64,000 bases of DNA, taken from positions 1,211,032 through 1,275,031 of the forward strand of contig MU004182.1 in assembly GCA_010093605.1 (NCBI GenBank). The letters run 5' to 3'. The number at the start of each line of letters is the position of its first letter. The first letter of the stretch is position 1. The notes under the pieces are model-generated. The model saw only the letters and a program-made list of their open reading frames with translations, did not search any database and had not been told where the DNA came from. Both the position numbers and the translations under genes were made by a program. This stretch comes from Lophium mytilinum. Lineage: Eukaryota. Positions 51,044 to 61,947 of the stretch are shown piece by piece.

Positions 51044-51934
51044 CTAGACGACGACATCGTTCAAGGCTCTGTAGAAGACGCCATAGTTACCAATGCCCTC
51101 CTTTCCTCCTCCCTTGACATTGTCGAGCACCGCAAACACGATGTCCTCCCACCAACCCCCTTGGAACTCCCCCTCGCGGAAGACTTCCAAATAGCATTCA
51201 GCCACGTCTTTGGGTGGGTTGCCGAATGCGCCACATCCAAGAGCACCCAAGACGAGCTTCGTGTGCCCGTTTCGGGCAGCCATCCGCAGAGTGACCCGGA
51301 TTTTGCTCTTCATAAGCTCACGATCGCCATTGAAGAAGTAAGTCTGGTCTCTCGAGACCATAGGTCCGCGAGCGGCTGCCACCGTGAGAACAGAAGTAAC
51401 GGCGAGTTGTTTGGCATCCGTCCCTGGGACGAGCGGTCCATGGCCGCGAGCCAGGGCGTCGCGAATGATGATGACGGTAGGAGAGTAGACGCTGCTGAGA
51501 GGTGGAATCGGATAGTACTCTGGCTTGAGGGTCAGGTAGAGTGAAGAGCGGTAGCACAAAGCTTCCTCCTGGGCAAGTGCACCATTCTCCCATCCACCGC
51601 CAGGGCGGCGCTCGCTAGCTAGATTTTGAACAGCAACAGGCTTCCTAGAATCACCTATGGTAGTACCGGGCTGAAGAGCGATCGCGGCATCGAAGCTGTC
51701 TTGATCGAAGACCCTAATGCGCGTACCGAGCCTGCCTGTCTCGATATCATTCTCGCCGAGTCTGTGCTGGGGGCACGTTGAAGGGTCGAGAGGCTGGAGA
51801 TCTTGAAAATGATAGCGAGTGGACGTAGTCGTGTCGACAGGCTGCAGCTGCTCTAGAACGAATGGCAACAGTTTCTTCGTTTCTTGAGCGACTAGCTTGA
51901 GGTCGTTATCTTTCCTTCGCGTTGGGAAAGACAT
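51044..51934 (-). CDS. Microbial-type PARG / TIGR02452 (DUF2263) macrodomain protein
   Basis: NLAS...PGGGW..GALAQEEALCYRSSL (GGG-x-QEE catalytic loop) and LVLGALGCGAFGNP. Confidence 0.88.
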   Translation of the reverse strand: MSFPTRRKDNDLKLVAQETKKLLPFVLEQLQPVDTTTSTRYHFQDLQPLDPSTCPQHRLGENDIETGRLGTRIRVFDQDSFDAAIALQPGTTIGDSRKPVAVQNLASERRPGGGWENGALAQEEALCYRSSLYLTLKPEYYPIPPLSSVYSPTVIIIRDALARGHGPLVPGTDAKQLAVTSVLTVAAARGPMVSRDQTYFFNGDRELMKSKIRVTLRMAARNGHTKLVLGALGCGAFGNPPKDVAECYLEVFREGEFQGGWWEDIVFAVLDNVKGGGKEGIGNYGVFYRALNDVVV

Positions 51935-52660
51935 TGTGAGTGAGAGGGTGTTTGGTGTCAGGTGGTAAGGTGTCAAGGTGTACAGAGCTCCATGTCGGAC
52001 TACCTACATTTATGGTAAAAGGGGTTCCTCGTAGAGGTGGAAGGCCAGAGTCACATCCACCAGGCAGTCGCGGAGTTGCTAATCCTATTGGCGGAGAGGA
52101 GGCTCGTGTGCGTGCAAGTTGGAGGCAAACATCGGGAGGGAATTCACGCGAAAGCTCTCTAGAAAACGAAAGCTGTTTACCTCCACGTCTAGCCTTGTTT
52201 CATCCCAGCTTCGCTCAAGCTCCAGCTTTTTTTGAGTCGTCTGTCAAACTGCACCAACAGTTCCTCGTTAGGGCTAGAGCAATCGCAAGCGCTAATTGAC
52301 AGCGCTGATTGACAGCGCGAATGACAACTGATGTTCTAACCTCTCCACATCTCTACTGAAAGGTTCATGTAACTCTTCATCGACCTCAGGTGCCGCCATC
52401 AATAGTTCATGAAGCCGGATTCGACAGGTAAATTCTAGAGCTAGCGAATCTACGTCTGCAGTGCAGCGTCTTTCTGCAGGCGGCTTGCATAGTGGCTGAG
52501 GCTGTGCCCTCAGCGTCAAGCAGCCGCCTGCGAGCTGTGAATCTCGAGGGTTGTCTGTGCCGGATTTCTCATTTACTCCATCCAAGCTTGCATAACCTCT
52601 TTCCTCTTGACTGGTTGCAAATCTGATATCAAACATACCTCATAATTCTAGCGGAACGAA

Positions 52661-53909
52661 ATGTCTTCGAATGCCATGACAGATGCCGGTAGACAGAATT
52701 TGAAGAGGCTCCTTGATATGTTAGAAGAGATGGATGATCTGGTTCTCGATGCATGTCGAGACGGCATGAACTACCGCTCAGATAGTGGTGTAGAGTTATC
52801 TATTCCAGTGACCGAGCTGGATTTGCGTCTCCTCGAAACCTCTCGCCAAGCCTATCGTAACTCTGATTATAAGCAAAGCGATATGCTTACACACATTTCA
52901 GCCATGCCATCGTTTACGAAGAATTATAACTCTGTCACTCTAGCGGTCCTTCGTTATCTCGCGAACACTCTACCGGTGCAGGCTCGCGAATGGAAACTAC
53001 GAATGGGTAATCTCCAAACCACGGGTGACCGAGCTTGGAGGCTTGCTGTGCCAGCAAGTCAACCAATCACTGCGGGAGGTGATGCGAAGGGTTTGAATGC
53101 TCTCATTGACTGAGTTGGTCTTTATGATCGTCTCCTCGATCAGCTGTATGCGGATTTAGAATCGCAGCAGAGAGACAAGTTCTCATATGAATTGAGAGAT
53201 ACTTTGTCAGTCATCTCCTCTTAACGCCTACTTCTACTAACCGGGTAGCTAGGAATGCCATATATGCTGTAATACAGACGCAAGGGCCTGAGGCGAGCTA
53301 AATGAAAACATAGTCAGCCTGTTCAAAGCCGAGATTCGGCTTCGAAGAGGAGCGCAAGGCTTGAACACGATTTCTCAAGAGACAGAGTCCGAAACCTCAC
53401 TGGCAGTGGCTGTAGAAACACATGCGGAGCCTAGTGTTGAAACGGGGAAGGTAGGAATTCCTGGACCTTATACCCACTAGCCATTATCTCTAACGTGGAA
53501 TAATTACCGCAGTACAACTCCACCATAAGCGCTTTTTTTTGCCATGACATTGCTATCAGCGCTCCTAGTAGCTCCAGCATTCGAGTATTCTTCACACCAA
53601 CCGGGTACTGTCAAAGACTCAGACTTTTGGTCCTTGGTCCAAAGCTCCACCATGCAAATTCTCGGACTAGTCGCAATCGCATTTCGCCTGCTGTCAGCTC
53701 CAAAGCTACCCAAACAGGCCTTGTTTTGGATTTGGGTGTTTATAGTCACTGCCTTCACTTGCCCCACCCTAGCGATTCCGTTTTATCTGTACTATCCAAC
53801 GGAGTGGAGTTCGGTGATGGCTTTCATCGGTTCTGCGGCGCAGGTATTTGTTCTCTTGCAGGCCATGTTTGAAACATCTCCAGCGGGCCCCAAACCGAAG
53901 AAAGAGTAG
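52661..53909 (+). pseudogene. Probable disrupted gene for a membrane protein with C-terminal TM segments
   Basis: The coding-like frame continues past TGA 53111-53113. Intron-like segments at 53206-~53250 and 53451-53512 link it to the hydrophobic 53544..53909 ORF, but further stops remain with either acceptor. Confidence 0.45.
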
Positions 53910-55492
53910 TATCGGGAGACGACTTTCCGCCAATCAAACTACCCGATAGGTTTGCGGTATAACTACCACGGCTTCTACTTGACTTGGATAGTGTGCTTCG
54001 ACGGCTCACAGTGCTTGCAGATCGACCACATCAAGCACCGAGTATGAAGGTGCAACGGTATCAATATTGAGGGAATGTGGGCTATATAGATGCTGACCTC
54101 AGCACATAGCCGACACGGCTGGGATTCTGTTACTCAAAACAATACTACTTCGCGATATCAAGCACTCTTCCTTTACTCGATTTATTCATCCACAAACCCG
54201 CTTTGTCGAAGCCACATTTAGGCTCAAACGCTATAATTACAAGCTCTCATCTCACGCCGATCGTTGCTTATCGCTCGCGACTGACAGGCCAAAAAACCAA
54301 CACAAGCTATTTGTGTTGTCAGCTCGGGATTGCCTACAGGCATCAGACGCCTGCTTGATTCGACGCGATGAGCAAGGATACACAAAAGACAAATCCATCC
54401 CTGCCGAATACGCAGTACGCCGATACAAAGGTACGCAGTAGGCACGACTGTCCTACCTAGGGGTTCACCAAAGCTATTATGCAGGCGAACTCTTCTACCG
54501 CATTATCACTATAATTCCACATGTAGCCCTCCGATATGGAGCAAGATCCTTCCAATCCAAGGGTTGGTGGTATGCAGCTCGTCAGACTTCGGAACTCAAC
54601 ACAGCTGAGGCATAATCAAATTAGCATTGCCTTATGATTTTCCAAGCCTGGCATCTCAGTAGCACCAGGACCGCTTACTCGCCTAGAAAGGCCCCCCCAT
54701 CAGTTTCGTATAATAATCCAGAACCGCGCCACACTGTTGGGCTGTGTATCTTCCTCGAACAGCCGGCGGAGTCTGAAATAAGATGCCGAGCTAGCCCGAG
54801 CGCATCTTAACCTATTTCAAGGACGACACCCCGTTTGAGACTACTGACCGAGGCATCGATCCAATTGACCGCCGGACAGTTAGTGCTTGCAGCTAGCACC
54901 ATGGATTCACACGATCGACGCTATTATCCTGGCACTGCACCGTGTAGGGATTCGCGGCTGGTGTCAGCCTCGACTGCTTGAGGACTGGACTGCGAAGCCA
55001 ACCCCGACTGCTTGATGATTCGACTGCATTGTCATCGCTTTGGCCACAGCTTTTTCCAGTTCCGCTAGTGGTAAGACGTGATACCCGGCGCTTTCTAACC
55101 CCCGACGCGCTTTTTACAGCCTCTGGCCGCATTTCGTGATTGGCGTGCAGGTGGCTGCGAGGGTAAGTTACGGTACTGGAAGCTGATGAGAGATATTCTA
55201 CTGGCCGGGGTAGCTTTTGCAGGGTTAAAGAGACTTCTATTACACGGCATCTGCGAGATACGCTAGCCACGACATGCGGCCATGCACTGTACCCCATATG
55301 AGGGGGGTCGAAAGCGCCTGGTATGTGGGCCTGCTATTTTAGTACCTAGACTTTGTCCGCCTCTATAAAGGGTGGAGGGAAGGGACGTTGAGGGCCTTTA
55401 ACTTGTAATCTAACTGCACCCCACCACTTCAACTACCTAGGAATTGCGACCACGTCTCTTGGCCCTTGATACTTTGTTCTATTGCCGTGGAA

Positions 55493-56899
55493 ATGTATAG
55501 TCTCACTGAGAATTTCACAGAGCTGGCGGCTCAAATTGCTTCAAACACCGCTATCATAACCGAGTATCTCAAGAAAAACGGTCTTCCCGAGCCTGATTTC
55601 ACGGTCGATGCTGCAGGGGAACTACCTCAGGTACCAGAAGTACAAGAAGCGCGCCTGAACTTGATCGATGCTACCTCCAAACTCCGCCATCTCGCTACCG
55701 GCGCGGATGAGTACCTTCGGACAGAATCCTTCATTGTAAGACAGCGAGTTCAGAAGCTGGGTCAATAAACTGACTTAAACATTAGATGCACCACGACGAA
55801 GCAGTCTTAAACGTTTTTACGCAATTCAATGTCTGGTCTGCGGTCCCACAGCATGGCAGTGCACCAGTCGCTTCCATCGCATCGACCACGGGGTTACCCG
55901 AGGAAAAGCTCCGCCGCCTACTAAAGCACGCATTCACGATGGGACTCTTTGCTGAGACCTCACCGGGATCATGGGAGATCGTGCATACAGGAAGCTCGGC
56001 GTACACGTATAGAAACCCTTTGATTAAAGCCTGGGTTGGCCATAACCTCGAGGAATGCCTGCCAGCGTCCATCCGCCTACCAGACGCACTCCGCAAGTAT
56101 ACTGACAGCCAAGAGCCGGCGCACTGTGGCGTTGCTGTCAATTTCTACCCCGACGCTCCGTCAGATACGACGCTCTTCAACTGGTTTGAAGCCGCTCGTG
56201 AGGGAGAAGAGACCGGCTGGCGGGCTCGACGCTTCGGGGAAGCTATGGCGAGCTTTTCTGAAACAGGCAGTGCGGACATCGCACACGTTAACGCTGGATT
56301 CGACTGGGACAGTCTCGGCGAGGCAACCGTTGTTGATGTACGTCTCCTCACCCCCGAATGCGCTCACATTCATACTAAAACACTCTCAGATCGGCGGCTC
56401 TATCGGCCATGCTTCCATCGAGCTGGCTTCCAAACACCCGAAGCTCAAGTGCATTATTCAAGATTTCCCAGAGCTCGAATCGCGAGCCGACGCTCTCGTC
56501 CCCGCCGCACTCAAATCGCGCGTCACGTTCCAGGCCCATAACTTCTTTGAGCCGCAACCCGTCGTTGCGGAAGTGTATTTCTTGAAGCACGTTCTCCACG
56601 ACTGGTCTGACAAGTATGCTATCAAAGTCCTGAGGCAGCTCGTCCCGGTCTTGAAGGCGGGCTCGCGCGTCATCCTTATGGAGTGTATTGTGCCACCGCG
56701 TGGTGCAGTGCCGGATTCGATTGGGCGAAATATATCCGGGCTGGATCTGCAGATGATGGTGATGGCTAATTCCAAGGAGAGGAACCCGGAGGAGTGGACT
56801 AAGGTAGTCAAGGAAGCGGATGAGAGGTTCGACGTAAAGGCGTTCGTGCAGCCACCTGGGAGCGCGGCGGGAGTGATCGAGATTGTTTGGAAGGGCTAG
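55493..56899 (+). CDS. SAM-dependent O-methyltransferase (family 2, secondary-metabolism type)
   Basis: Motifs VVD|IGGSIGH, IIQDFP, AHNFFEPQP, YFLKHVLHDWSD and KER. Introns 55736-55785 and 56338-56389; TATAAA at ~55364. Confidence 0.9.
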
Positions 56900-58037
56900 G
56901 AAGCTCAGTTGTGGTTGTCTGCTGATGGGGGGCATACATACGAGAGCGAATGATTGCCAGGAATCTCTGGCAATCATGTTTTTTGCGAATCTTTAGAAGC
57001 CAAATCTATGAGCTCAGGATCATGGCTCGTCTTTAAGAAGGGAATTGATCATACAATGAGATTACTGGTTCTCTGACTGAGGTCTCAACGATCGGCAAAC
57101 TGGTAGAGACCTTCGAGTTGACGAACAATGGCGCGGTGCCTGATCGGTTGCTGCAAGCCTTGCCTTCTTCAAATGAGCTGGATTCCGGGCTCAGCAATGG
57201 CTTTGTTTCCAACCGTTTCAGCTCTTTGTATTTGCTACTTCTGTATGGGTATCCAGCGTTGGCTCTCCTTTATTGAACCTAGCAACGTGATCATTGCGAG
57301 AAACATCACCGAACATTTCTGAAGGCCGAGCATATGTCATTGGTAGTATAGAAGGTGTGCTTCTTCTGGGATCTAGATGAAAACAGTCGTGGTTTGCTTC
57401 GCGGTGATTGTGACAAGCTCCTCTAGTAGTATACCAGCCCGAGCCCTGTAGTCCCTTCCCGCGCATGTGTACCCTTCCTCGTCATTATATAGCATCGTCC
57501 CCATCAATTAAACAGCAGAGACGAGTAAGCTAGGTCCAGACGCGCCCAGGTACTATCAATCGGGTCCAGGGGTGTTGGTTCCGGCATGGGAGCTGTATTG
57601 CGAGACCGTTCAGCTTCGTTACCAAAAAAAGGTCTTCGCAGTCATTCCATGGCGGAGTGTAGTCTTTGGTGATCCTTTATTATCCACGGAGCGGAGGCAT
57701 CGTGGAGACGTAGGAGGCGCTGAGACGCAAGTTGAGGTAGGCTACTAAAATCGTCGAGTCTCCCTAAGACACCGTCAGTGAACTGTTTTCTGCGCCTTCG
57801 AAGACAGACGCCAATTTCGCGTATTGCAACTTCAATCTCCTGGGCGAAAGATGTTCCTGTTGAAAGAGAGAGCCGTTGGGGGTGAAAGTGGTTGTGTTCT
57901 GAGCTTTGATGTTCGTCCCCCACACACGTCCCTGCCGCTAACACTCAAATTGGAGCCTGGCCCCATTCTTTCGCCTGTCCATTTTTACAAAGCTTATATA
58001 CTGATATTTTTTGGCCACAATCAAAATCACCCAGTAA

Positions 58038-58180
58038 GGTCTGTTGGTCTAGTGGTATGATTCTCGCTTAGGGTTCACCTTAAGTCGTTTGCGAGAGGTA
58101 AGCATCATCATCAAATCACTATTCAGCATTCCATAACTAACAACCTCATCAGGCCCCGCGTTCGAGTCGCGGACAGACCC
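58038..58180 (+). tRNA. tRNA-Pro(AGG) with canonical intron 58074-58089 and a second, spliceosomal-type intron 58098-58152
   Basis: The spliced product GGTCTGT TG GTCTAGTGGTATGAT T CTCGC TTAGGGT GCGAG AGGCC CCGCG TTCGAGT CGCGG ACAGACC C is a fully paired 72-nt cloverleaf. T-run terminator from ~58193. Confidence 0.9.
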
Positions 58181-58891
58181 ACAATCTGATTATTTTTTGC
58201 TTTTTTTTGGTGCTCTATATCATATATAGATATTAAGCAGTGTGTGTGTGTGAGAGCGGCATGTCTTTTTAGAGGTTAGATGGGATAGAAGAACAACCAG
58301 GGAATTCATTTTGTGGAAGTGTTACGGAGGTTCGCGTTTCGTGGTAATCTTTTGTAAGATGGGGTGCACTTTACGTAGACAGAGGAGTTGTGTCGCCCTG
58401 GAAAACGTAGCACAAGCCTTAGCAGCTTCTTGAGAGGCGTCTTTATATTTTCTCGAGGGGTGAGTCTAAACCTGTGCTGTATGTAACTCTAAGGCGAAAG
58501 CATTTCTTCGAGTTATCTAGCTTCGGACTTAATCTATAACCCTTAATTAAAAACGATATCTAGTTCAGCGGTAATGGCTATATCACAATGAAAGTGCATG
58601 TGGATCAAGTAGAGGATGCCCCGGCGTGGCATTACTCTTAAAGTCACTAATCGAGTCATAGATCTGTCAAGCACATATGGAGTTTGTTCACGACGCAGAA
58701 GTAAAGTGATGAAAGGTATGAACAAGAATTCGAGTACTCTATATATACCTTGATTGTTACAATACACTATGCCCGTCTTGGTCTAAAAATCCCAGGAAAG
58801 GTGGTATTTTGGGAGTTCGAATTAACTACCCTTAGTGTCTACCTTCTTAATCATGCGATATGGTTTCACGCACAAAAGAAGGCTGGCGGCC

Positions 58892-60140
58892 TTACTCTGC
58901 ATCCGTCGGCGCTACTGGAGGCGTGTCATTGACTTGAATACCGCCCCTCTTCTTTTCCTGGCTATCATGGAATGGTAGCTTCCATCCGCCCTCTGCCTCT
59001 GGCGTGCTCAACCATAGCCGCATCAAGTGACGGCGCGGAGCTGGGGGCGGGTAGTCCTTGTATGCAGTCCTAGCGTGTAGAACATGCTCGTTGGAGAGGA
59101 ATTGAATGTCGCCGATATCTAGAATCATATGCAAGCTGAGACGCACACAGGTGTCCTCAAGAATTTGGGCAGCACGTAGCTGAGCAGGCGAGAGTGGAGG
59201 AATGCGGCCGGCATCAGAGAAGCGGGTAAGAGATTTGACGTAGTAGGGATCCCATCTATGAGGTGAATTAGCTTTTGCGTGTGGTACAGCTTGGGCTTTC
59301 ATACTTGGAGTACACCCTCGGGTTCTCCCCTTTCTCCAAATAGAAGACCGACGTCTTTATCCACTCCTCCTCTCCCTTGCTGGTCTCCCCTTTGCGATCG
59401 AAATACCATTGCGGCTTCACTAGCTCCTCCGCAACATCCGGATGCTCCTGCTGCAGCACATTCCACACATGATGCGAACTCACCAGATCGCTTTCTCCGC
59501 CCTCGAGTGCTTTTGCTACGCAGAGAAGTCCTACGAGGTCACTGTCGTCGGCATGGAAGAATTGGCGCGCATTTGTGCGGTAGATCCGCACTTTATCGAT
59601 CTGGCTGCTGTCTTCTCCGAGATCCTTGACATGACCTAGGACGTGTCCGCGGCCGTTTTGAGATACGAAGTAGCCCAGATAAGTTCCTAGACCCATGTAT
59701 GCGACCGCGGATTTGCGAAGACCCCATTCGTCCACCGGAAAGCCTTTGAAGAGGAGGAATCCTTTGCCGTTGAGCAATTCGTGCCTCAAACTTTTAAGAA
59801 ATGTGCTGAACTCTGGGAGTGTGAAGTTCGACTGCGAAATCCCGGTCAACGGGGTTCCGGAGGCAATGAAGGCATCGGCGGCAGCGCTGATTTCAGCAAT
59901 CTCGGAGGCAGAAAAGGGGTGAGTCCAGCGTTCGGGGTTGCTGGCATAGTCTGCGGCGTCCCAGACTGTGGGGCCGGTGATGGTCTTGGGGAAGGCGGAG
60001 TAGGGTTGGAGAAGGTCGTAGAGGGGAGGGTGCTGGCCCGAAGTCTTGATGCCGTCTGGGAAGATGGATTTGGGGGCGGTAGACGGAGAGGAGAGAGTGT
60101 GAGGGGGTGCAGGTGCGGAAGCTGTAAGTGCTGGTGCCAT
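58892..60140 (-). CDS. TauD/TfdA (clavaminate synthase-like) 2-oxoglutarate/Fe(II) dioxygenase
   Basis: FHADD (HxD), GGES, GDIQFLSNEHVLHARTAY and RHLMRLWL. Intron 59304-59256. Confidence 0.9.
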
Positions 60141-60849
60141 TATGGGGTTTGGCTGTGGAGAGTTGACGTTTGTAACTGAATTAGATGAGTGACAGCAACA
60201 ACCAGTGATATCGAAGGTTGTACGAGTTTTACTTGTATTCAAGATGCAATTGAGAGTAAAGAGAACACAAGGGTTTTATATATCGGAGTACGGAAATGAC
60301 GCGACTCTTGCACATCCAACAAAGGGCGTCATAAGGCTTTTATGGAAAAAAGCATCTTACCCCTCCATCCACCCTTGGTACTACCGATGGCGAAATCTCC
60401 GAAGCACGAGCGAAGCACGAGCGAAGCACGATAACGGCAGATTTGTCCATGTAACTGCGTAGGTGGGATTGCGTGATTGAGACCTTGTCAGCACGAGATG
60501 GACCACTACTGGCGTAGTGGAGAAAGGGCGCGATGAAGTCAACCAAGGGTCCAAACCATGCCCCGCACCGAGCCGGACTATTCTGTGTGCCAAGAGGGGT
60601 GCCCTTGCCGGACTGCTTTGGAGGGGGGCGGGGAATGCTGGTACTCGTTAAAGTCTCGCGTCGTGACACAGTCCACCGCGCCACCATCACTTCGCAATTA
60701 TGAGTCAACGCCATATTCGTCTCCGTCCGCGCTTTGCAAAGAGATTTCAGCGGACTCAAAACCTTCTGAAGTGATGCAGCTTTCGGCTACCTCGAGTTCT
60801 AACTGTATAATGATTAGATAATTTTGACCAACTTCAAAAACATCAGTTC

Positions 60850-60991
60850 GGCCCAATGGTCTAGTGGTATGATTCCTGCTTTGGGTAGCACACGCTCATG
60901 ATTGCAGGAGGCCCGTGAGTACACACCACACCATCATGCTCCGGACTCATTGCTAACCATAACACAGCGCGTTCGAATCGCGGTTGGGCCC
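60850..60991 (+). tRNA. tRNA-Pro(TGG) with canonical intron 60886-60902 and a second, spliceosomal-type intron 60915-60967
   Basis: The spliced product GGCCCAA TG GTCTAGTGGTATGAT T CCTGC TTTGGGT GCAGG AGGCC CCGCG TTCGAAT CGCGG TTGGGCC C is a fully paired cloverleaf. T-runs follow from ~61001. Confidence 0.9.
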
Positions 60992-61258
60992 CGAAAATGA
61001 TTTCTTTTTGCATTTTTTTAGACCTTTATGCTTCTCCATCGTGAGCGGACAAGATGCGCATTGAAACTGGGGCTGCATTTTTTATGGGCCATGCCAAGAG
61101 GACTAGCTTAACTGATAGTTCTATGAAAACAAACCTATGCACCAAGCTTTCCCACATTCTTCATATATCCGCTACACCCAAATCGCCCCCGTTTTTACAT
61201 CCGAGATGCTCAATAGCAGTCTAAATATGGGCTGTAACTTCATCGGGCAAAAGAGAAC

Positions 61259-61282
61259 GGACCCAACCGCGATTCTAACGCG
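61259..61282 (-). other. Inverted copy of the 3' exon of tRNA-Pro(TGG)
   Basis: Minus strand reads TAG|CGCGTTAGAATCGCGGTTGGGTCC versus CAG|CGCGTTCGAATCGCGGTTGGGCCC at 60965-60991 (22/24 identical in the exon). Confidence 0.7.
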
Positions 61283-61947
61283 CTAGTATGTTTCAATTTC
61301 AATCAGACATTACAGACCACCTCCGACAATACTATGTGACTGGCAAAGCAATAAATACTCACCTTACTCAGGGTTTTCCAACCCCCCTGCTACGCAGAGG
61401 GGTTTCAAGACCAACGGCTTATAACAACCGTTCTCGACTTTTTTAGACACTTGAAAGACGCCAGACAGTGTTGAAAAGACGGCAAGGAGTACGAAAACAC
61501 ATGTCAAATTCAAGAGCCGAGCAGAACCTGTCGCGACGGGTGGTTGAACTCTGCCCCTTTCAATTCACTCCCTCAAACTCTTTACGTCGTGCTCGAATCG
61601 TGCATAATGTCCCAGGACACCTCAAACGCCGCTTTTACACAGATATTTCACTAAAGATACCTCTCAGATTCCAGAGTAGCGCAATACCATCCCTGAAATA
61701 CGCTCCAATCAGACCCCTTCTAATTCATGAACTACAATTCTTTACGTCCCATTTATCTCCCCTTCAACTCCACGAAGCCACTCGAACGCCGCTCTCAAGC
61801 ACGCAAGTCTCTTAAGAAAACGTCTCGAATTCAACCGCAGAGAATTCGTTTCTTAGACAGGAGCTCAATCTCGCAGCTGGGCACACACCGTTTGGCACTC
61901 GTTTAGCACTGCTTGGGGTACTTCTACCGGCTCTTAGAAAAGCCCCA

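Noticed and set aside
50855..51544. 229-aa plus-strand ORF
   Set aside because: Antisense shadow of the PARG-like gene.
56950..56984. 11-bp hairpin plus T run resembling a bacterial intrinsic terminator
   Set aside because: It follows an intron-containing fungal gene; there is no basis for terminator function or horizontal transfer.
55493..60140. Secondary-metabolite cluster (O-methyltransferase plus dioxygenase)
   Set aside because: No PKS, NRPS or terpene synthase in the window, and the genes are separated by a tRNA gene.
61355..61364. ATACTCACCT as a U1 snRNA 5' end
   Set aside because: No U1-70K loop, U1A loop or Sm site follows; it is simply the reverse complement of a donor-like AG|GTGAGTAT.
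61363..61560. Telomerase RNA
   Set aside because: Stem-rich with U/A tracts, but no CCCTAA template found nearby on either strand.
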